The translations under genes and the position numbers were made by a program. This document shows positions 17,101-20,000 of a stretch of DNA of 20,000 bases, one piece after another. The stretch's first letter is position 1. Each line of letters opens with the position of its first letter. Under the pieces are notes generated by a model. It worked only from the letters and a program-made list of their open reading frames with translations. It was not told the origin of the DNA and did no database searches. Source of the stretch: Reclinomonas americana ATCC 50394 (lineage: Eukaryota); assembly GCA_048213135.1 (NCBI GenBank), contig PS015015.1:51499-71498 (forward strand), written 5' to 3'.

Positions 17101-19933
17101 CGCTGCAGTGCATGCTGGCGGATCTCGGTGCCGTGGAAATGGTAACTCGATAGTGATAGTGTTGTTGGGTGGTGGTAAGCACTGAATGCTGCTTGTGTGT
17201 GTCGCGCCCGCAGGTGTGCCAATTGATGACCCAGGCGCAATCACCCAAGCTGGCGCAAATGGTGTTTGAGTTTGGCTGCAAGTTGCTGCAGGGTGGCAAC
17301 CGCTACGTGCAGACGTACTTTTACCGCTTGATGCAACACGGCGGCAGCGCCGAGCATCTTCTCGTGGGCTTGCGCAATCGTCTGCAAGTTGCGACGACGG
17401 AGATTGACGAGAAACTGGCGTACGAGGAGCTGCTTGAGCGCCGTCGCAATGAGCTCGAAGATGACGAGTTGGGTGCTCGTGTGCAGTGTCTTCCCCCTGT
17501 CTCTCATGCACTGCTGATGTCTGTTGCGCAGAAACAATCCCGAGAACGACGCGCTTGAAGTGGCATTCGAGGAGCGCGGGTTTGCGGCAGAGGTCCTTCG
17601 CTTCATTCAGTTGCTGTGTGAAGGGCACTATCTGGAGATGCAGGTACGGCGAGTGTGAGGGAGTGATTATTACAACTGCGCTTGTTCACTCACTCGTGGG
17701 ATCACAGGATTTCCTCCGTCGACAGCCCGGTCGTGGAGTGGAGAATGTGGATGTGGCCAGCGAGATCCTGAGATACTTGCGCGCACTGGAGCCCAATCTG
17801 ACGACGGCGCGCGTGGATACTGCGGTGCAGCTGTTCGCGACGCTGACCGACCTCATGCAAGGCCCTTGTGTGTCCCAGCAGCAATCACTGGCCGCCTCCG
17901 ATTTCCTGTTCATCGCCAACCGCCTGCTGGAGACGGCACCGAATGATGCACCGTCACTGGGTTTTGCACGACTGCAGCTGACCGTACTCGACTCCATGAT
18001 GGCAGTGATTGAGGTGAGTGCTCAGAGGAAAAGTGTACGTGTTGTGTATCAGTCAGTCCTCATTGTTGCGCGCAGGGGCCATCGGCGTTGGAAACCACCA
18101 AGCAACTGCGACTGGCCATCACACTGAACAACATTGCGCGCAGTGCAGTGCAACTGCATGCCGTGATGGAGGAAGCCGAACGGGTGGGCGTGCACCGCAA
18201 CATTGTGTCGTACGGCAAGAGTCTGTCGACAAACGCGATGCGACCGGCGTCGCCCGACTTCCCGCTGCAGAAGGCTTTCACGTTTTGGATAGAGGACCCG
18301 GTGCTTATTCGCACACTCGGTATCCGCTACTACTTCCTCATCAACAGGCTCGGCGACGCGTCGCCCACTGTGCAGCGGCATGTGAGTTGATGTGGATAGT
18401 AGAGCCGGCGCTATGTGTGTGTGTGTGCCGACCGTCGTTCGTCGCAGATCGGCAAGTTGGTGGACGATGAAAGTGCGCGGCTTGGCATCCGTCCCGCGGC
18501 TCCCGGTAAGTGCCTGCTGTGGCGTTTCCAGCGCAACACCGGGCACGTGGAGGTGCTTCGCAATCAGGAGGTCGAAAAGTTGTACTTTGAGATTCCGCCT
18601 CTGGCCTCGTGGTTCCAGTCGCGGCTCTATCGCCGCTGGCAGGACGAGGTCGATCGCAGCTCGTCGACCTCCAAACTGGAGGGCCTCTTCCGTGAGGTGC
18701 CATACTTTTACCAGCACATGCGACACGGAGTTGCGTGAAGTGTCTTGTCTGTCTATCCCGTTTCTTACGCACATCCTCATTCTCTTCGGCGCCCACCTCG
18801 CAGCTGTACTTGCGTGAGACAAAGTGGTTCCGCTACAGCAATCTGACGCTGCCGTACACGCGCCAGCTCAGCTTTGTCGTCGGCCTCTGCATCAATCTGA
18901 TTCTGCTGTTCGCCTTCCAAGTGCAAAACATCGACTCGGACTTGAACGTTGTCACGTTGCGTCTGTGGGAGAGGGTCAGCACTCTTGTCGCGTGTCGGAG
19001 GTTGCGGAGCTCATGTGGCGATGCTTCGTGCAGATCGTACGGCTACAAGACGGACGGAGCCGGACATGCAGTCATCATCCTCGCCATTATAGAAATCTTC
19101 CTTCAGCTACTTCTGTTCCTTGGTTATATTGCCGGCCCAGGTGCATTGCGCGCCATGAAACAGTGGTCGCCGGCACTCGGATATGTTGCGCTCCACTGCT
19201 CTTCATTTCATCGTCTTGCTTCCCCACCGTTTTCTTGACTGTGGTTTTTCTTGTCTGCAGCAACACTTGACGGATCTACCGCGCGCTTCGGCCTCTTTTA
19301 TGCGCAACATTCTCCGCGGGTACTTCCGAGACTTTTTGTTCTACTTTAGAGTGCGTTCGCCGACTGTCGGTGTGGTGCGCTTCACGTGTTGCTAACTATT
19401 GCTCTCACTCGCTGCAGGTGGCCTGTGTGGTCGTCAGTGCACTCGGATTGCTCGTGAGCGAGGCGTTTTTCCCGTTCCTGCTGCTGGACGTGGTGCTGTC
19501 GTTCAGCATTCTTCGCAATGTGGTGCGATCGGTGTCGACAAGCCTTGTCAACCTGCTGCTGACGGTGACCACATTTGTTTGCGACTTTGTCGTCTTTCAA
19601 GCTCACCCTTTGTGCACAGCTCATGCTCGGTCTCTTCATCATCTTCTTCTTCGCCATGGTGCAAATGGTGTCCTTCAACGACGAGTTCATCCTGTCCGAC
19701 GGCTACCGCATCTGCAGCGAGGCCACCGGCTGCTTCTTCAATCTCATGAACTTTGGGTACGCGCGGCTGCTTTTTCTCTCTTTCACATTTGAGCTCACGT
19801 ACGGCACGTCGCAGTTTGAAGCATGGTGGCGCCTTCGAGGATCTCTACCCTGTCAATGTGACGCCCGCACGAGTCATTTTCGACTTGCTGTTCTTCTTCC
19901 TGATTCTCGTCGTGCTTCTCAACCTGGTGTTTG
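8165..19933 (+). CDS. ITPR: Inositol 1,4,5-trisphosphate receptor family Ca2+-release-type channel (divergent), about 46 introns, 3'-incomplete (continues past the window within helix S6)
   Basis: Collinear ITPR motifs after splicing: FLRFGDRIVL, GTVDDRV, YKAQSAF, VTYGTVVQLRH, RAEGERVQIGD, GDTVRIFH, FRLRHVLTGAYL (suppressor/MIR trefoils); RSRQILFRE, DVGAEAAIMELF (RIH); LVRAAFDRLLLHLYVDRNP; RLLFRVFQQR; second RIH TIFDGNRRL; YHVELLSLLSLC; LLQGGNRYVQ; LRFIQLLCEGHYLEMQDFLRRQ; LTDLMQGPC; TGHVEVLR..VEKLYFEIP; TM region ending ARVIFDLLFFFLILVVLLNLVFG (IP3R1 [23 protein letters not shown]). One intron near 16270-16355 is unresolved. Confidence 0.96.
9837..9883 (+). repeat. (CCA)n trinucleotide repeat at the 3' end of ITPR intron 9789-9886
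   Basis: About 15 perfect CCA units directly before the acceptor cag; gives spurious poly-Pro/His/Gly in the ORF track. Confidence 0.95.
11915..12580. other. Assembly gap (666 N) inside the ITPR-like gene
   Basis: Run of N. Confidence 0.99.
15852..16264. other. Assembly gap (413 N) inside the ITPR-like gene
   Basis: Run of N. Confidence 0.99.
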
Positions 19934-20000
19934 GTGCGTCATCGTTGACTGCATTCATTTCCCTCGAGTGGTTATGCTCATTGGCTTCTCCTCTATCATC

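Noticed and set aside
1171-19260. GTTGCG introns as a family of recently inserted introner elements
   Set aside because: Similarity is confined to the first 6-7 nt; intron bodies are unrelated, with no terminal inverted repeats or target-site duplications visible.
8165-19933. Ryanodine receptor rather than IP3 receptor
   Set aside because: No SPRY or RyR repeat domains between the RIH regions; the coding length visible (roughly 2,500 residues) and the motifs are IP3R-like.
1-20000. Numerous long overlapping and antisense ORFs in the supplied track
   Set aside because: Expected in GC-rich DNA; they are shadows of real exons or read through short introns and show no recognisable motifs.
1-20000. 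Alternative genetic code, frameshifting or non-GT-AG introns
   Set aside because: Every frame change and stop I could resolve is explained by a GT-AG intron of typical size under the standard code.
1-20000. CRISPR array, transposon or prokaryotic operon/defence system
   Set aside because: The DNA is spliceosomal-intron-rich eukaryotic sequence; the only repeats are microsatellites; no transposase, terminal repeats or spacer arrays.

Overview
Eukaryotic, GC-rich, very compact and intron-dense genomic DNA, probably from a unicellular eukaryote; the taxon cannot be fixed from this window. The ORF track is mostly misleading because the genes are split by about 68 short GT-AG introns (mostly 55-100 nt), which I spliced by hand using reading frame and protein homology. 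Gene order: 3' end of an unknown low-complexity protein (+); MMADHC/CblD cobalamin-trafficking protein (-); a MED4-like coiled-coil/acidic-tail protein (-, interrupted by an N gap); a SETD3/4/6-Rubisco-LSMT-type SET methyltransferase (+); a YIPF4-like Yip1 protein (-); an unknown multi-pass membrane protein (-); and a >11.8 kb inositol-1,4,5-trisphosphate-receptor (ITPR) family channel (+) that runs off the window end. Main observations: (1) about a quarter to a third of introns use an atypical donor class, non-G|GTTGCG, that looks like the normal G|GTGCG donor shifted by one base; (2) the ITPR-like channel has a rewritten selectivity filter (GGAFED in place of GGGVGD/GGGIGD) and lacks most IP3-binding basic residues; (3) the MED4-like stop codon is only 50 nt from, and overlaps (ATGA) an in-frame ATG of, the co-directional MMADHC gene, a candidate bicistronic unit. 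Family assignments rest on my recall of reference sequences; no searches were run.
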